DNA of 63,099 nt, filler included, from Octopus bimaculoides (taxonomy: Eukaryota), in the NCBI RefSeq assembly GCF_001194135.2. It is 4 parts of 4 records of this genome, joined end to end, with 100 filler letters (N's around TTAATTAATTAA, not from the genome) between each part and the next. Parts side by side here need not be neighbours in the genome. Positions count along the whole stretch, not along the records: positions 1 to 23,537 come from NC_069001.1; positions 23,638 to 54,792 come from NC_068981.1; 2 more parts are not named here. One strand, 5' to 3'. Under the pieces are notes generated by a model. It was not told where the DNA came from. It searched no databases and saw only the letters and a program-made list of their open reading frames with translations. Shown here in pieces: positions 13,241-25,931 of this stretch. Within the stretch, counting starts at the first letter, position 1, and every line of letters begins with the position of its first letter. Both the position numbers and the translations under genes were made by a program.

Positions 13241-14550
13241 NNNNNNNNNNNNNNNNNNNNNNNNNNNNNNNNNNNNNNNNNNNNNNNNNNNNNNNNNNNN
13301 NNNNNNNNNNNNNNNNNNNNNNNNNNNNNNNNNNNNNNNNNNNNNNNNNNNNNNNNNNNNNNNNNNNNNNNNNNNNNNNNNNNNNNNNNNNNNNNNNNNN
13401 NNNNNNNNNNNNNNNNNNNNNNNNNNNNNNNNNNNNNNNNNNNNNNNNNNNNNNNNNNNNNNNNNNNNNNNNNNNNNNNNNNNNNNNNNNNNNNNNNNNN
13501 NNNNNNNNNNNNNNNNNNNNNNNNNNNNNNNNNNNNNNNNNNNNNNNNNNNNNNNNNNNNNTATATATGTAACTACTGACATACATATACATGTGCTTAT
13601 ATAGACACATGTATGTATATACATACACATGCATATACATATGCACACATATATACAAACACACAGATAAATATGTTGATACAGACACAAACTTAATTAT
13701 ACATATACACACACATATACAATGAGGATTCTCAACTGATTTTAACAAGCATTCAGTTGTTTAATTAACTAAACTACCTCCTCATAAAATTACTATGTAA
13801 GTAGTTGCATACTGCATGGATAGATGTACTCTTAACCTCCCGTAAGACACAGTGCCAGACAGGACTACATAGGTCAACCAGCTTTGAAATGCAGGATCTC
13901 ACAAGAATCATACTAACTCTGTTTACATTCATTTTGAAGAAAGAGAGCCACTCTAATCAAGGGCAGATAAACTAATCCCTTCTTGTATCATTCATTTTTT
14001 TCTGTATGAGAGTCATTAGAGGACTAGGCTCTCGATTCAGAAAGATTTTCAAGAAGATGTAAAAGGTTAATTCTCAAATCAGTATTTAACATGATTGGAC
14101 CATTGAATTATATATATATATATATATATATATAATGCATCTGATAAGCTTCCAACACAGGTTCTATCTACCCAACTTCATTCACAAGACTGGAGTCACT
14201 CTAAGGATATGGTGAAACACACTTGTTCAAGATGCCACTAAATCTAATGAAATACAGAATCCCATGACTGCGAACCAAGGTTTTTAACCACTAAAGTATT
14301 CATGAAACCACATAATTGTGTGTGTATCCAAAGGTACGGCTGTGAGAGAGATAGTAAGTGTGTGTACATGATAGACAGCTATATGACAATTGTTCGTGAA
14401 GAGATTGAATAGAAGCAACCTGGCATGGCCTGGAGGGTTGATAAAAGTAATCGCATCCTTAACTTCTTCCAACCAGCTCTTACTCTCTGGCTACTGAGTC
14501 GGCTGAAACCCTAAACTGCTAATTGTGTGAATGTATATCCATATATATAT

Positions 14551-14605
<55 letters not shown>

Positions 14606-14815
14606 CGAAAGGCTACTTTTGGTGAAAATTCAAAGCTGCAGTATTAATGTTTAATAATGATGAAGACTCTTACTTTTGTGCTGTATTATATCTTCACTTA
14701 ATGTTTGTTGATATGATTTTTAAAAACACATTAACATTATATATATATATATATATATATATATAACACATATAGACACACACACACATGCATGCACACA
14801 GATACATGTATATAT

Positions 14816-14857
<42 letters not shown>

Positions 14858-15139
14858 TTTATATATATAAATTATTTTCGTTATTATTACTACTACTACT
14901 ACTACTACTACTACTCTCATTATTATTGCATTAATTTCTTTCCTTGTTTTATAATCCTGTTGCCAGGATATATCTCAAGTGATGGTTAATGGGTGTCTAT
15001 TTTTCATCAGCATCTCAACAAAAATAGATGCCTCGACTCATATACACACTTACTTCGTATCCATCGTCACGATATAATCTGCTCAGGAACTAATGAAAAC
15101 ATTTCTGCATTATCACCATCATCATCACTATTAGCATCA

Positions 15140-16061
15140 TTATGAGCATCACCACTATCATCATCATCATCGTTGTGTACATCTCAACAAGCAACGGTAG
15201 CAGTATTTTGAAGATTGTCATCTACATTACTGACACGCTGTTGTCATCAAAACTTCCCGTCATGTTTACCAATTACCACCACCATCGAGATGATCGTCCT
15301 TGTCGTTACCATCAGCAGCAGCGATGTTATTGTGAAGATTGTCATCGGGCATTACCAAAACATCATCATCATCAACTTCGTCATCAAAATACTTGTCATC
15401 ACCAAACCCCAACATAACCACCGGCTGCAACCACCACCCCACCTTGTCACCACCACCAACAACAACACTGCCTCCACCAACATCGACATAGCTGTTGTCC
15501 TCACTATAATCATTGTCGTTGTCGTCATCATAAGCATCATCATCATCATGAGCATCATTGTCATCATCAGCTTCGTCATTACCATCATTGTTACCATCAT
15601 TGTCTTCGTCAGCATCACCATCACTGTCATCATCATCATCATCATCATCATTACAATTGTCACCGTTGTCATCAACAGCAATACTATTGTGAAGATTGCC
15701 ATCAACATTACCAAAAGACCATCACCATCTTCATCACAATCATCATCACAACCAACCACAGAACAAAACCACCAACTACTACCCCCACCACCACCAACAC
15801 CACCATTATCACCATAGCTGTTGTCCTCACTGTCATCATCATCATCAACATCATCATCATCATGAACAAGGAAATTGTGAAGATTGTCATCAATATTACC
15901 AAAATACCACTATCATCATCATCACCATCATCAAAATCCTCATTATGACCATAACCACCACCACCACCACCTATCATCATCATCATCATCATAGTTGTTG
16001 TCCTCACTACCATAATCATCATCATCATGACTAAACCATAACATGATCACCAACTAACCAC

Positions 16062-16092
<31 letters not shown>

Positions 16093-16170
16093 TACTATTA
16101 TCTTCACTATAATCATCATCATCATCATTGTGGACAACAGACTCGAGAAGATTGTCATCACCATTACAGG
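15140..16170. repeat. Complex (CAT/CAC)n array with repeated non-microsatellite cores
   Basis: Core (t)gaagattgtcatc near 15208, 15332, 15689, 15877, 16147; core atagctgttgtcctcact at 15488, 15814, 15991. Confidence 0.85.
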
Positions 16171-16324
16171 CTGTCACTGTCATCCCTCTAAATCTCTATA
16201 ACAACAAGCAATACCAGAATGCCCACAACCCCCCTCACACACACACCACCACCACCACCATCATTAATTTATTACTATCATTATTATTATTATTATTAAT
16301 TTATCATTCTTAATTCATTATTAG

Positions 16325-16392
16325 CATTATTTGTTATTATTTGTATTGTCCTCCTTTGCCCTTGAGGCAAATACATGAAATCATCATCATCA

Positions 16393-16457
<65 letters not shown>

Positions 16458-16658
16458 GCCTAGCAGCATTCCTTTTGACTCATTACATTCTTGGTTCAAA
16501 TTCTGCTGGGGTCTCAACCAATGCCTTTCAACTTTCTGGGGGTCTATAAAATAAAGTATCAACCAAGTACTATAGTCAATGGAATTGACTTGCCCTCCCC
16601 ACTCAGAATTGTTGACCTTATGCTGAACTTTGAAACTATTATTATTATTATTATTATT

Positions 16659-16724
<66 letters not shown>

Positions 16725-16743
16725 ATTATTGTTATTATTATTA

Positions 16744-16783
<40 letters not shown>
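16325..16783. repeat. (ATT)n and (GTT)n microsatellites flanking a SINE
   Basis: Visible directly; source of the poly-N, poly-I and poly-L ORFs. Confidence 0.9.
16460..16640 (+). mobile_element. SINE family B (degenerate)
   Basis: ggttcaaattctgctggggtc...gcctttcaactttctgggggtctataaaataaagtatc matches the SINE B core. Confidence 0.65.
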
Positions 16784-16784
16784 A

Positions 16785-16968
16785 GCGGCGAGCTGGCAGA
16801 AACATTAGCAAGCCTGGGAAAATGCTTAGTGGTATTTCATCTGTTGCTACGTTCTGAGTTCAAATTCCGCAGAGGTCAACTTTACCCTTTCATCTTTTTG
16901 GGGTTGATAAAATAAGTACCAGTTCAACACTGGGGTCGATGTGACTGACTCATCTCTTAACCCCAAAA
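16785..16968 (+). mobile_element. SINE family B with Pol III A/B boxes
   Basis: gcggcgagctggcagaaacattagc...gagttcaaattccgcagaggtcaac...aaataagtaccagttcaacactggggtcgat. Confidence 0.85.
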
Positions 16969-16984
16969 CTTATCATTATGTGTT

Positions 16985-17165
16985 GGAGGAAACGCTTTGT
17001 GTATTTCCTCTAGCTCTTTACATTCTAGTTTCAAATCCTGCTTTGGTCGACTTTGCTTTTCATCTTTTCAAAGTTGGGAAACAAAATAAAGAGCAAAGAC
17101 AAGTTCTGGAGTTGATATATTTATCAACCTCCTATCAAAATTGCTAGTCTTGTGCCAAAATTAGA
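16985..17165 (+). mobile_element. SINE family B (degenerate), third tandem copy
   Basis: ttctagtttcaaatcctgctttggtcgactttgcttttcatcttttcaaag...cttgtgccaaaattagaac. Confidence 0.6.
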
Positions 17166-17169
17166 ACTT

Positions 17170-17360
17170 TTATAGGGTGCCTTGGCTGGCCCTGGGTGGA
17201 ACTCCCTGCTTATTGGGGATTTTTGTTGTTAGAACTTTCTTGTTAATTGTTCATAGTTATTCATTGTATACTCATTGTTGTTCAATGCCCCATTTGTCCC
17301 TTGTATTGTACTGTCCCTATTTATTTTGTATTCAGCCCTTGTGGCCAATAAAGAGACCAT
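17170..17360 (+). mobile_element. Probable LINE 3' UTR end fragment (L1/Tx1-like from recall)
   Basis: Ends cagcccttgtggccaataaagag followed by (ATT)n; the terminus resembles the SINE B tail at 61725-61754. Clade assignment is from recall only. Confidence 0.4.
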
Positions 17361-17827
17361 TATTATAATTATTAAGACCACCACCACTATTATTATTATC
17401 ATCATTGTTTTATTATTTCACGTCTCAGAGCTCTTGATTTCAGGACTGCATTGTTCAATATTGTGTTTGCTGGTTTTAGGCAACAGATTCTAGCTGGAGA
17501 TTGTAGTTGGCTTCTATTTCTAGCATGCCACATGACTACACGGAGGCTCCGCATATTTGTAAGTGTGTAGGTAAGGATAAACACCGATGCCAAGTACAGT
17601 GAGTTCATGATAGATTTAAGTACAAGTAGGAGGTTAAGATAATTGATTTATGGGCAAAGCGCCCAAGATATGTTGTTGCCAAACAACAACAACAAATGAA
17701 AGTAAGAAAACAGGTGATGAAGAAGAAGATGCTGAAATAGTGTTGAGAAAGGAAAACAGAAAGTAAAATCCCTTAGTAAAAATGTATAATGTAAATGTGT
17801 GTATATGTGTGTTTGCGTATACACACA

Positions 17828-17986
17828 GGTGCAGGTGTGGCTGTGTGGTAAAAAGTTCGTTTCCCGATCACATGGTTCCAGGTTTAGTCCTATTGCGTGG
17901 AACCTTGAGCAAGAGCCTTCTACTACAGCCCCAGGCCAGCTAAAGCCTTGGGAGTGGATTTGGTAAATGGAAACTGAAAGAATCTG
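17828..17986 (+). mobile_element. SINE family A head (tRNA-derived)
   Basis: A box tggctgtgtgg, B-box-like ggtttagtcc, then gagtggatttggtaaatggaaactgaaag. Confidence 0.85.
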
Positions 17987-18024
17987 TATATGTAGATGTG
18001 TATGTGTGTTCGCATGTATTCATG

Positions 18025-18182
18025 GGTGCAGGCGTGGCTGTGTGGTAAGAAGTTAATTTCCCAACTACATGGTTCTGGGTTCAGCCCCACTGCGTGGCAC
18101 CTCAGCCAAGTGTCTTCTACTGTGGCCTCGGGCTGATCAAAGCCTTGTGAGTGGATTTGGTAGATGGAAACTGGAAGAAACT
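18025..18182 (+). mobile_element. SINE family A head, second tandem copy
   Basis: gcaggcgtggctgtgtggtaagaag...gggttcagccccactgcgtggcacc...gtgagtggatttggtagatggaaactg. Confidence 0.85.
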
Positions 18183-18369
18183 TGTGTATATGTACATATC
18201 TATGCATGCATGTGTATGTGTGTGTGCGTGTGTATGTGTGTTGATATCAAAAGAACTTAGAAACTTCAAAGGAACATGAAATAATTCTATTTGGGAACAC
18301 TGAAGCTCAGATACTGGGTTCAAAATCACTTTGAATATAAGAATTCAAAGGAAATGCTTTGGTCCAATA

Positions 18370-18720
18370 GTAGAACATCAGTCATTGGTATGCCACATAC
18401 TGTGACACCTTCTCCAGCAGCAACTTGCTGTGTCCAACTCCCAGCCCAGGCTTGCTCCACTGATCATCAGACTGAGAAAAGCAAACTGTCAAAGTATCAG
18501 TCACTTTCCGACAGGTTCATGGTTGAGCCCGTGGTTGTGAAGACCTCCAGAGTTCTCGGCCCTCAAACCATCTCCTTGTTCACTGCTATTGAGGTGGAGA
18601 CGGCTACCCACAAGTGCAAGCCATGTGAATCAGACTGGCTGTTCCAGCACGTCTCCTTTGCCATCTTCCAAAGGAAACACCTTTTCCATTTTGTCTGCTG
18701 GGATCATGAGGTGGTCTGAC
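18370..18720 (+). pseudogene. 3' fragment of an RLE-type (CRE-like) non-LTR retrotransposon, restriction-like endonuclease domain
   Basis: Two frames give ATYCDTFSSSNL then TEKSKLSKYQSLSDRFMVEPVVVKTSRVLGPQTISLF...ESDWLFQHVSFAIFQR, resembling the recalled CRE motif WDATC.DT...E..K..KY..L...F.PV.VET.G..G...LFQR.S.AI.RGN. Confidence 0.55.
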
Positions 18721-18877
18721 ATACAGGAAGTTGTATGTTCCGCTCCTTAATGTGAAGTTACTCCGTATAAATTGCCCTCGTCCCCATTCAGTACAATTAT
18801 ATACTTCAAACCTTATATTATTCTGTCATTCATATTCTCAATCACAACTGACTGATGACAGTTTACGATGATGATGA

Positions 18878-19170
18878 TACAGGGTTGGCTAAGAATCACC
18901 TGACAGTATATCAAAACCATTTAGTTCCAGGATTTGTCTATGCTTAACAACTGAATGGATTTAATAAAATCAACTAAATATGAAACATTATAGAAACTGT
19001 TCAAACTAAAGGCGGTGCTCCAGCATGGCCTTGGTCAAATGGCTGAAACAAGTAAAAGAGGAAAAGAGTAAACTGAAGCCCTTTTTTAGCGACACATTTT
19101 CTCGTTAAAATCACAGAGAGCCTTTATGGAATTTTGATTAACTGTCAGGTGACTTTTAGCCAACTCTGTA
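18878..19170. mobile_element. Tc1/mariner-derived MITE with 30-bp TIRs
   Basis: Left TACAGGGTTGGCTAAGAATCACCTGACAGT vs reverse complement of right TACAGAGTTGGCTAAAAGTCACCTGACAGT (27/30), TA ends. A SINE A tail is inserted at about 19005-19075. Confidence 0.85.
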
Positions 19171-19184
19171 TATGTATCCTTTTA

Positions 19185-19594
19185 TCTTTTATTTTTTATT
19201 TGTTTTAGTCATTAGACTGTGGTCATGCTGGGGCACCGCCTTGAAGAATTTTTAGCCAAATGAATTGATACCAAGTATTTACATTTTTTTTTTTTTTTAA
19301 GCCTGGCACTTATACTATCGGTCTCTTTTGCTGAATTGCTAAGTTACAGGGAAATAAACGTACCAGTTGTCAAGGGGTGAGGGGGAGGGACAACACAGAC
19401 AAACAAGCATATTCACACACATACATATATATAACGGGTTTCATTCAGTTTCTGTCTACCAAATCCACTCACAAGGCCTTGGTCAGCCCGAGGCTATAGT
19501 AGAAGACACTTGTCCAAGATACCATGCAGAGGGACTGAACCTTGAACCATGTGGTTGAGAAGCAAGCTTCTTACCACACAGCCATGACTGTGCC
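19185..19594 (-). mobile_element. Full-length SINE family A (head, internal TA/CA microsatellite, CR1-type tail)
   Basis: Head reverse complement at 19440-19594 (accacacagccatg), tail reverse complement at 19200-19230 (agtcattagactgtggtcatgctggggcaccgcc). Confidence 0.85.
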
Positions 19595-19859
19595 TATATC
19601 TTGATGTAAGTTCGTTGTTTTTGTTCTTTTTTTCCTGTGTTCCCTTCTTCACATTAATACTATATATAGTTCTAATATAATTCTAATATCATTGATATGA
19701 ATTTATTGAGCCCTTCCGTAAACTGTTATACAAAAACATAGTTTGCTGTATTTTAAGAAATACTTATTTTACCTATACCTACATATATATGAACACATAC
19801 ATATACACACATGCCCATTTATATATATTATATATATATACACACACACATATATATGT

Positions 19860-19902
<43 letters not shown>

Positions 19903-20569
19903 CTCATATATATATATACATACTCATATATATGTGTGTGCATGTGTGTGTGTGTGTGTGTGTATAAAAATGGAACAAAAACGCAATACAGGGCATTAAA
20001 ATGTTTAGACAGATAGATGGTACAAAGCAGACATATACATACAAACATATATATATACACATATATATATTCATATATACATATATATATACATATATAT
20101 ATATATATACATATATATATACATATACACACACACATATATATATATATACATATATATATACACACACATATATATATATACGCACACACATACATAT
20201 ACACACACACATATATATATACACATACAAACATATATATGCACATATACACACATATTTGTATACAAATATACACATATATACACAAATATACACACAT
20301 ATATATACACATACATATACACACATACATACATACATACGCATATATAGATATAGATATACATACACACACATCCATACACACACACATACACACACAC
20401 ATACATACACATATAAATACATATACACATATATGTACACACATACACACGACTCCAAAGCAGTAATTTTAACTGCTAGAGATGGGGGTTTTTTTATTAT
20501 TATTTTATCATGTTTCTGTTGAGTTTTTCCTCTTCTTTTGTATTGTGACTATTTTATTTTTCTACTCCC

Positions 20570-20607
<38 letters not shown>

Positions 20608-20989
20608 TATTTTTCATTTATTTATTCATTTATTCTTAGTTTTCTTCGTCTTTTCATTCTGGGAAAAATAACTGATGCAATTCTTTCTTCAAAAAGAAAT
20701 GTAGAAATATATTCTTTATCTTATCTTTGTGTTATTTATTTTTTTCAATGTTTCTCTCTCTCTCTCTCTCTTTCTCTCTAACTATTTAATTTTTTTCTTA
20801 TTTACTTATATATATTATTCTCAGTGTTCGAACATTCTAAATCACTTTGATATTCCTCGACAAGCCCAGTCAGACATGAAAATAAAAGTTTCCAGCATTA
20901 GTTTTACTTTTCCAAATCATTTCAGTTTCCTTTAAATAAAAATTACAAGGTGTGGATATCATATTAAGAGATATGCATCTCCGTGGGTG

Positions 20990-21420
20990 GGTGTGTGTGT
21001 GTGTGTGTGTGTGTGTAGCTATGTGTGCATGTGTGTGTTTGTGTCTTTGAGTGTGTGTGTGTGTGTGTGCATGTGTGTGAGACTTAGTGACTACAATGGG
21101 GTATTTATGTCAGTTTCAGTCAGTGTGCAAAATGTGTGTGTGTGTAGCTATGTGTTCATGTGTGTGTCTGTGTCTTGTGTGTGTGTGTGTGTGTGTAGCA
21201 ATGTGTGTGCGTGTGTGTATGTGCGCATGTCTGCATGTGTGTGTGAGACTTAGTGACTGCAATGGAGTATTTATGTCAGTTTCAGTCAGTATGCAAAGTG
21301 TGTGTGTGTGTGTGTGTGTGTGTGAGACTGCCAGAGAGAGAGAGAGAGAGAGAGAGAGGAATAGAGTGTGTGTGTGTGCGTGTATGCGCGCATGTGTGTG
21401 TGTACATGTTTGAGACTGTC
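20990..21420. repeat. (TG)n-rich region with a ~165-bp tandem duplication
   Basis: gtgagacttagtgact(a/g)caatgg(g/a)gtatttatgtcagtttcagtcag occurs at about 21077 and 21243. Confidence 0.8.
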
Positions 21421-22132
21421 AGAGAGTAAGTTGTGTGTATGTGTCTGTGACTGTCAGCGTGAGTGAGTTGGTGTGTGAAAAGGTGTGTGTGTGTATGTGT
21501 GTATCCATGTGTGAATGTGTGAGAGAGAGAGTGCCTTTCTCTATTGGAGTGTGTATATGTCAGTTTGTGCCAGTATGAAAATGTATGTGTGAATGTGAGA
21601 TAGAGAAAATGTGTGTGTGTGTGTGCGTGCATGAACGTGAGTGCCATTATAACTGTGTCTTAATGTGTATGTGTCAGTATGCAAATGTGTGTAGTGTGTG
21701 ATGTGACAGCCAGAGAGAAAGAGTGTGTGTGTGTGTGTACATGCATGTGAGTGCCTTAGCAACTATGTTCTTGGTATGCGTGTGCCAATTCATGACCTTA
21801 TGAAAAACACGTGTGGTGTACATACGTATTGGGTGGGCATGTGTATTTGTATGTGTATGTGCGTATGCGTGCATGCTAGTGTGTGTGCGTGTGTACGTGT
21901 GTGTTCTTGTGAAAATGTCTCGGTGTTTGTGAATGTGCATGTGAGAGAGACAGAAAAAAGATGATGTGAGGGGAAAGCTGGATACAAATGTAAATCATAA
22001 ATAAAATTGGAACAAAAAATTGTGAAGACAAGACAAAGCGTAAGAACAGCATTTCTTATTGATAAAATGCTAAATTATGCCAAACGATGGGGAAGAAAGG
22101 ATGGGCGAAAGTATACATGTTGATTCATCATT

Positions 22133-22179
<47 letters not shown>

Positions 22180-22440
22180 GAATATATATGTGTGTGATGA
22201 TTATATATGTGTGTGTGTGTGATGAAAATATATATATATATGATGAATCATATAGACAGATAGATAGATACATACATATATACATACATGCATATATATA
22301 TATTACACACACAAATAAACACACTGCAAGTATGGGCGCATGCATATAGGAATATGTATGAGTAAGTATGTGTATGTAAGTGTATATATATATATATTTA
22401 TATATATATATTTACACACACAAACACACACACACACACA

Positions 22441-22748
22441 TATGGCTAAGTGGTTAGGAAATTCATTTCTCAACCTTGAAAGTTCAGGCTCAATCTCACT
22501 GCACAGTGCCTTGTGCAAGTGTCTTGTACACTATCCATGGGTCAACCATAACCTTGCAAGTGGATTTAGTGAGAGGAAACTCAGAGAAGCCCATTGTGTG
22601 GGTGTGTGTGTGTGTGTGTGTACACTTGCCTTGACCATCATGTGAAGGTTGTAGACAAGCATCACCTTCATACAAGCGACAGTGTTCTTTCCCAGTCTTC
22701 AGTGGAAAGCACGTCAGGCAATGGGCAAATGTTACCTTGCTTGAGAAA
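22441..22748 (+). mobile_element. SINE with family A head and the alternative body (RTE-tail type), 3'-truncated
   Basis: Head tggctaagtggttaggaa...agtggatttagtgagaggaaactc, then (TG)n, then a body matching the reverse complement of 34030-34170 and 54270-54420. Confidence 0.7.
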
Positions 22749-23128
22749 CTTACACACACACATTCAAATAATTGTCCTAGTTTTTCCACGAAAGAGGAAA
22801 GAAGTACTCAAAACATGTTGTAGAACGTGTAACTTCATTTTCTCCAGACACGAGTTTCACACCATTGCAATCATCAGACAAGATATATTTCCCATCCAAT
22901 GACAATCAGTCTAATATGGAAGCCAAGGAGTTGCCTCACCACTCAATATTATCACAGCCAATTACGCAGAAGTGATTTTTAGATCTGTGAAACTTCTAGT
23001 GCTACACATTTCAGTCAAACATACACAAGCATACATACGTAAAAGAGCAGATATATGCATCTACATGCATCATGCATGAGAAGATATAATTATATGTACA
23101 CACACACACACCTGTATGTATGTATATA

Positions 23129-23159
<31 letters not shown>

Positions 23160-23424
23160 GCATACATATAAAAGTGTGCACACACACACACATTATCCAC
23201 ATGTACACATGCATGCGTGAAGATATGCGTTTGCATACATAGATAAACAGAGATACATAAATAGATACATATTTTGACACAAAAACTTTATAAACAAGAT
23301 AGAGAAAAATATTCAATACAAAAAAAATCGCATTCATATGTATATTCATGTGTGCATGTGAATATATATTTAAAAAAAAACACATTATACATCATATATA
23401 TGTATACATATGTTATGTATATAT

Positions 23425-23465
<41 letters not shown>

Positions 23466-23537
23466 CTGTATAAATGTATGTATATACATGTTATTTATGT
23501 GTATATTATATATGTATATATATATATATATATATAT

Positions 23538-23637
23538 NNNNNNNNNNNNNNNNNNNNNNNNNNNNNNNNNNNNNNNNNNNNTTAATTAATTAANNNNNNN
23601 NNNNNNNNNNNNNNNNNNNNNNNNNNNNNNNNNNNNN
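23538..23637. other. Artificial 100-bp contig linker (N44-TTAATTAATTAA-N44)
   Basis: Six-frame stop linker inside an N-run; identical structure at 54793 and 59843. Confidence 0.95.
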
Positions 23638-23678
<41 letters not shown>

Positions 23679-23725
23679 GTATGTATATATGTATATATAG
23701 GTTTATATATATATGTGTGTATGTG

Positions 23726-23801
<76 letters not shown>

Positions 23802-23857
23802 NNNNNNNNNNNNNNNNNNNNNNNNNNNNNNNNNNNNNNNNNNNNNNNNNNNNNNNN

Positions 23858-23902
<45 letters not shown>

Positions 23903-23955
23903 TGTGTGTGTTGGTATATATATGTGTATATATGTACGTATATGTATATATATAC

Positions 23956-23988
<33 letters not shown>

Positions 23989-24159
23989 ATGAATACAACA
24001 GATGGGGTCAGAACACAACAGGCGACAACAAAATATCCAGATAGTTGGACCATGCAAAAAGGTACATGAAAAAGCAAGGACATGTCGTTTGGAATTTCCT
24101 TTCGTCAGTGAAATTCTAGATTATCTTTCCAGTTTTGTCTTGTTATATTCGAGACTGCT

Positions 24160-25840
24160 CCAATTTGTCCAGTCCAAAGGAAAATCTAAGCTAAGAGCGA
24201 GACCAGCTGTGGCAGGCCTAAGCTGTGAAAAACAGATTAAGCAACTTCATTGATATACTCTTGAAACCAATACTTAAACACATGCCAAGTATTGTAAGAT
24301 ATAACCTGGACCTCCTAAACCACCTCCCCGAACATACCACTAAAGACATTTTTATTTCCTCTTTTTGTGTGATAAACATTTATACTACAATTCTCCATCA
24401 ATATGGATTGAAAGCCATTCAATTCTGGCTAGAAAAATACCCTAATGAGGTCTCGGAAGGAATAAAATAGAATTTATTGAGGGCCTTAAGTTTATCCTCG
24501 GAAACAAGTTTTTAACTTTTAATAATAATACCAACAGACAGGTATCAGGGACTGCAATGGGGGCTAAAGTTGCCCCAACGTATGCCAATCTGGTGATGGC
24601 CTACCTAGAATTACAAATCTGTGAACAATCCAAATCAAAATGCGGCCTGTCTTTCCACAAATACCTATTGGAGAATTGGAAGCGCTACTTGGATGACTGC
24701 CTCATCCTATGGTCTCACATACTCGACCAACCCAATGAATTCAAAATGTTAATGAACAGCGTTGACAACCATATCCGATTTACAATGGAATATAGTCAAT
24801 GCCAACTTGCATTTCTAGACATTCTTTTGGTATCCAATACAAACCATCTAATTCCAAACAGTACCGCCCGTTCACCCCCAATCACTCAAAGCACATGAAG
24901 ACAAACATCCCCTTCAATCTAGCGAGAAGAATCTGTACAATTGTCTGAAATTATAGAAGTGAAATAAAAGACTCCAAGAACTAAAGGCAATTCTTCTTGA
25001 AAGACAGTACCCAGCATCATTAGTTGACAATGGAATAGAACGGGCCAAGAGAATCAATATCCAAGACTTACAAAAATCAAAACACACTCAAGGTACATTA
25101 AATAGTCTTCCGTGTCTCTCAACACACATTCCAAAAAATACAGAAGCTTACATGATTATATACAAGAACATCCCACTACTGAGTCAAGACCCACATCTAA
25201 AAAAAAGCACTCGAAACCCATAAAATAATAAAAAGCAAGAGACAACTCAAATCCCTAAAAAGCTTACTCACCAATGCAAAATTACCCAACACAAGCCCAA
25301 CACCCACTGCCAAAACACGTGGTCAATCTAACTGCAGGACTTGCATCCACCTCATTAGAGGAACAATATACAAATTCCAGTCAGGACACACTTTTGTCAT
25401 AAAAAATAACTTCACCTGCACATCAAAGAATTTACTTTATGCCATTAGGTGTGAAGGGTGTGACAAGGACTACATAGGGCAGACTAGTCTTACCCTCAGA
25501 GATAGGATTACAGTCCACCGCCAACAATTGAGGAACCCCACCACAAAACAGATACCACTTGGTGGCCACTTAGATCTCTGTGCACAAAACAAGTCCTCCA
25601 AATTCCTAGTTTTCCCACTGTACTAATGCCCAGACAACACCACAGACCAAACACGAAGAAATCAGGAAAATATACTTATTCAAAGATTCTATTTTTTAAT
25701 ATTTTCTTATCATTATCAAAGACACTATAACTGTATTTTAGTGCAATTATGATAACCATTTTTTAATACAACAAAGCTTATACAAAGCTTTGCATTTTAC
25801 TATTAATGATCTTTTTTAAAAAAGTAAAACCGGTCAAGTC
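24160..25840 (+). pseudogene. Penelope-like retroelement, RT plus GIY-YIG endonuclease, frameshifted
   Basis: RT motifs GTAMGAKVAPTYANLVM, WKRYLDD, IRFTME, LAFLDI, NIPFNLARRICTI; GIY-YIG frame from 25321 C..C...CTSKNLLYAIRCEGCDKDYIGQTSLTLRDRITVH. Several stops and shifts. Confidence 0.95.
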
Positions 25841-25897
25841 AATAAACATCTTTAAGAGACCTCTACATTTTCAAACCCTCTCTTCTATATATATATG

Positions 25898-25931
<34 letters not shown>

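Noticed and set aside
15140-21420. CRISPR-like repeat arrays
   Set aside because: Eukaryotic context, irregular spacing, microsatellite spacers, no cas genes.
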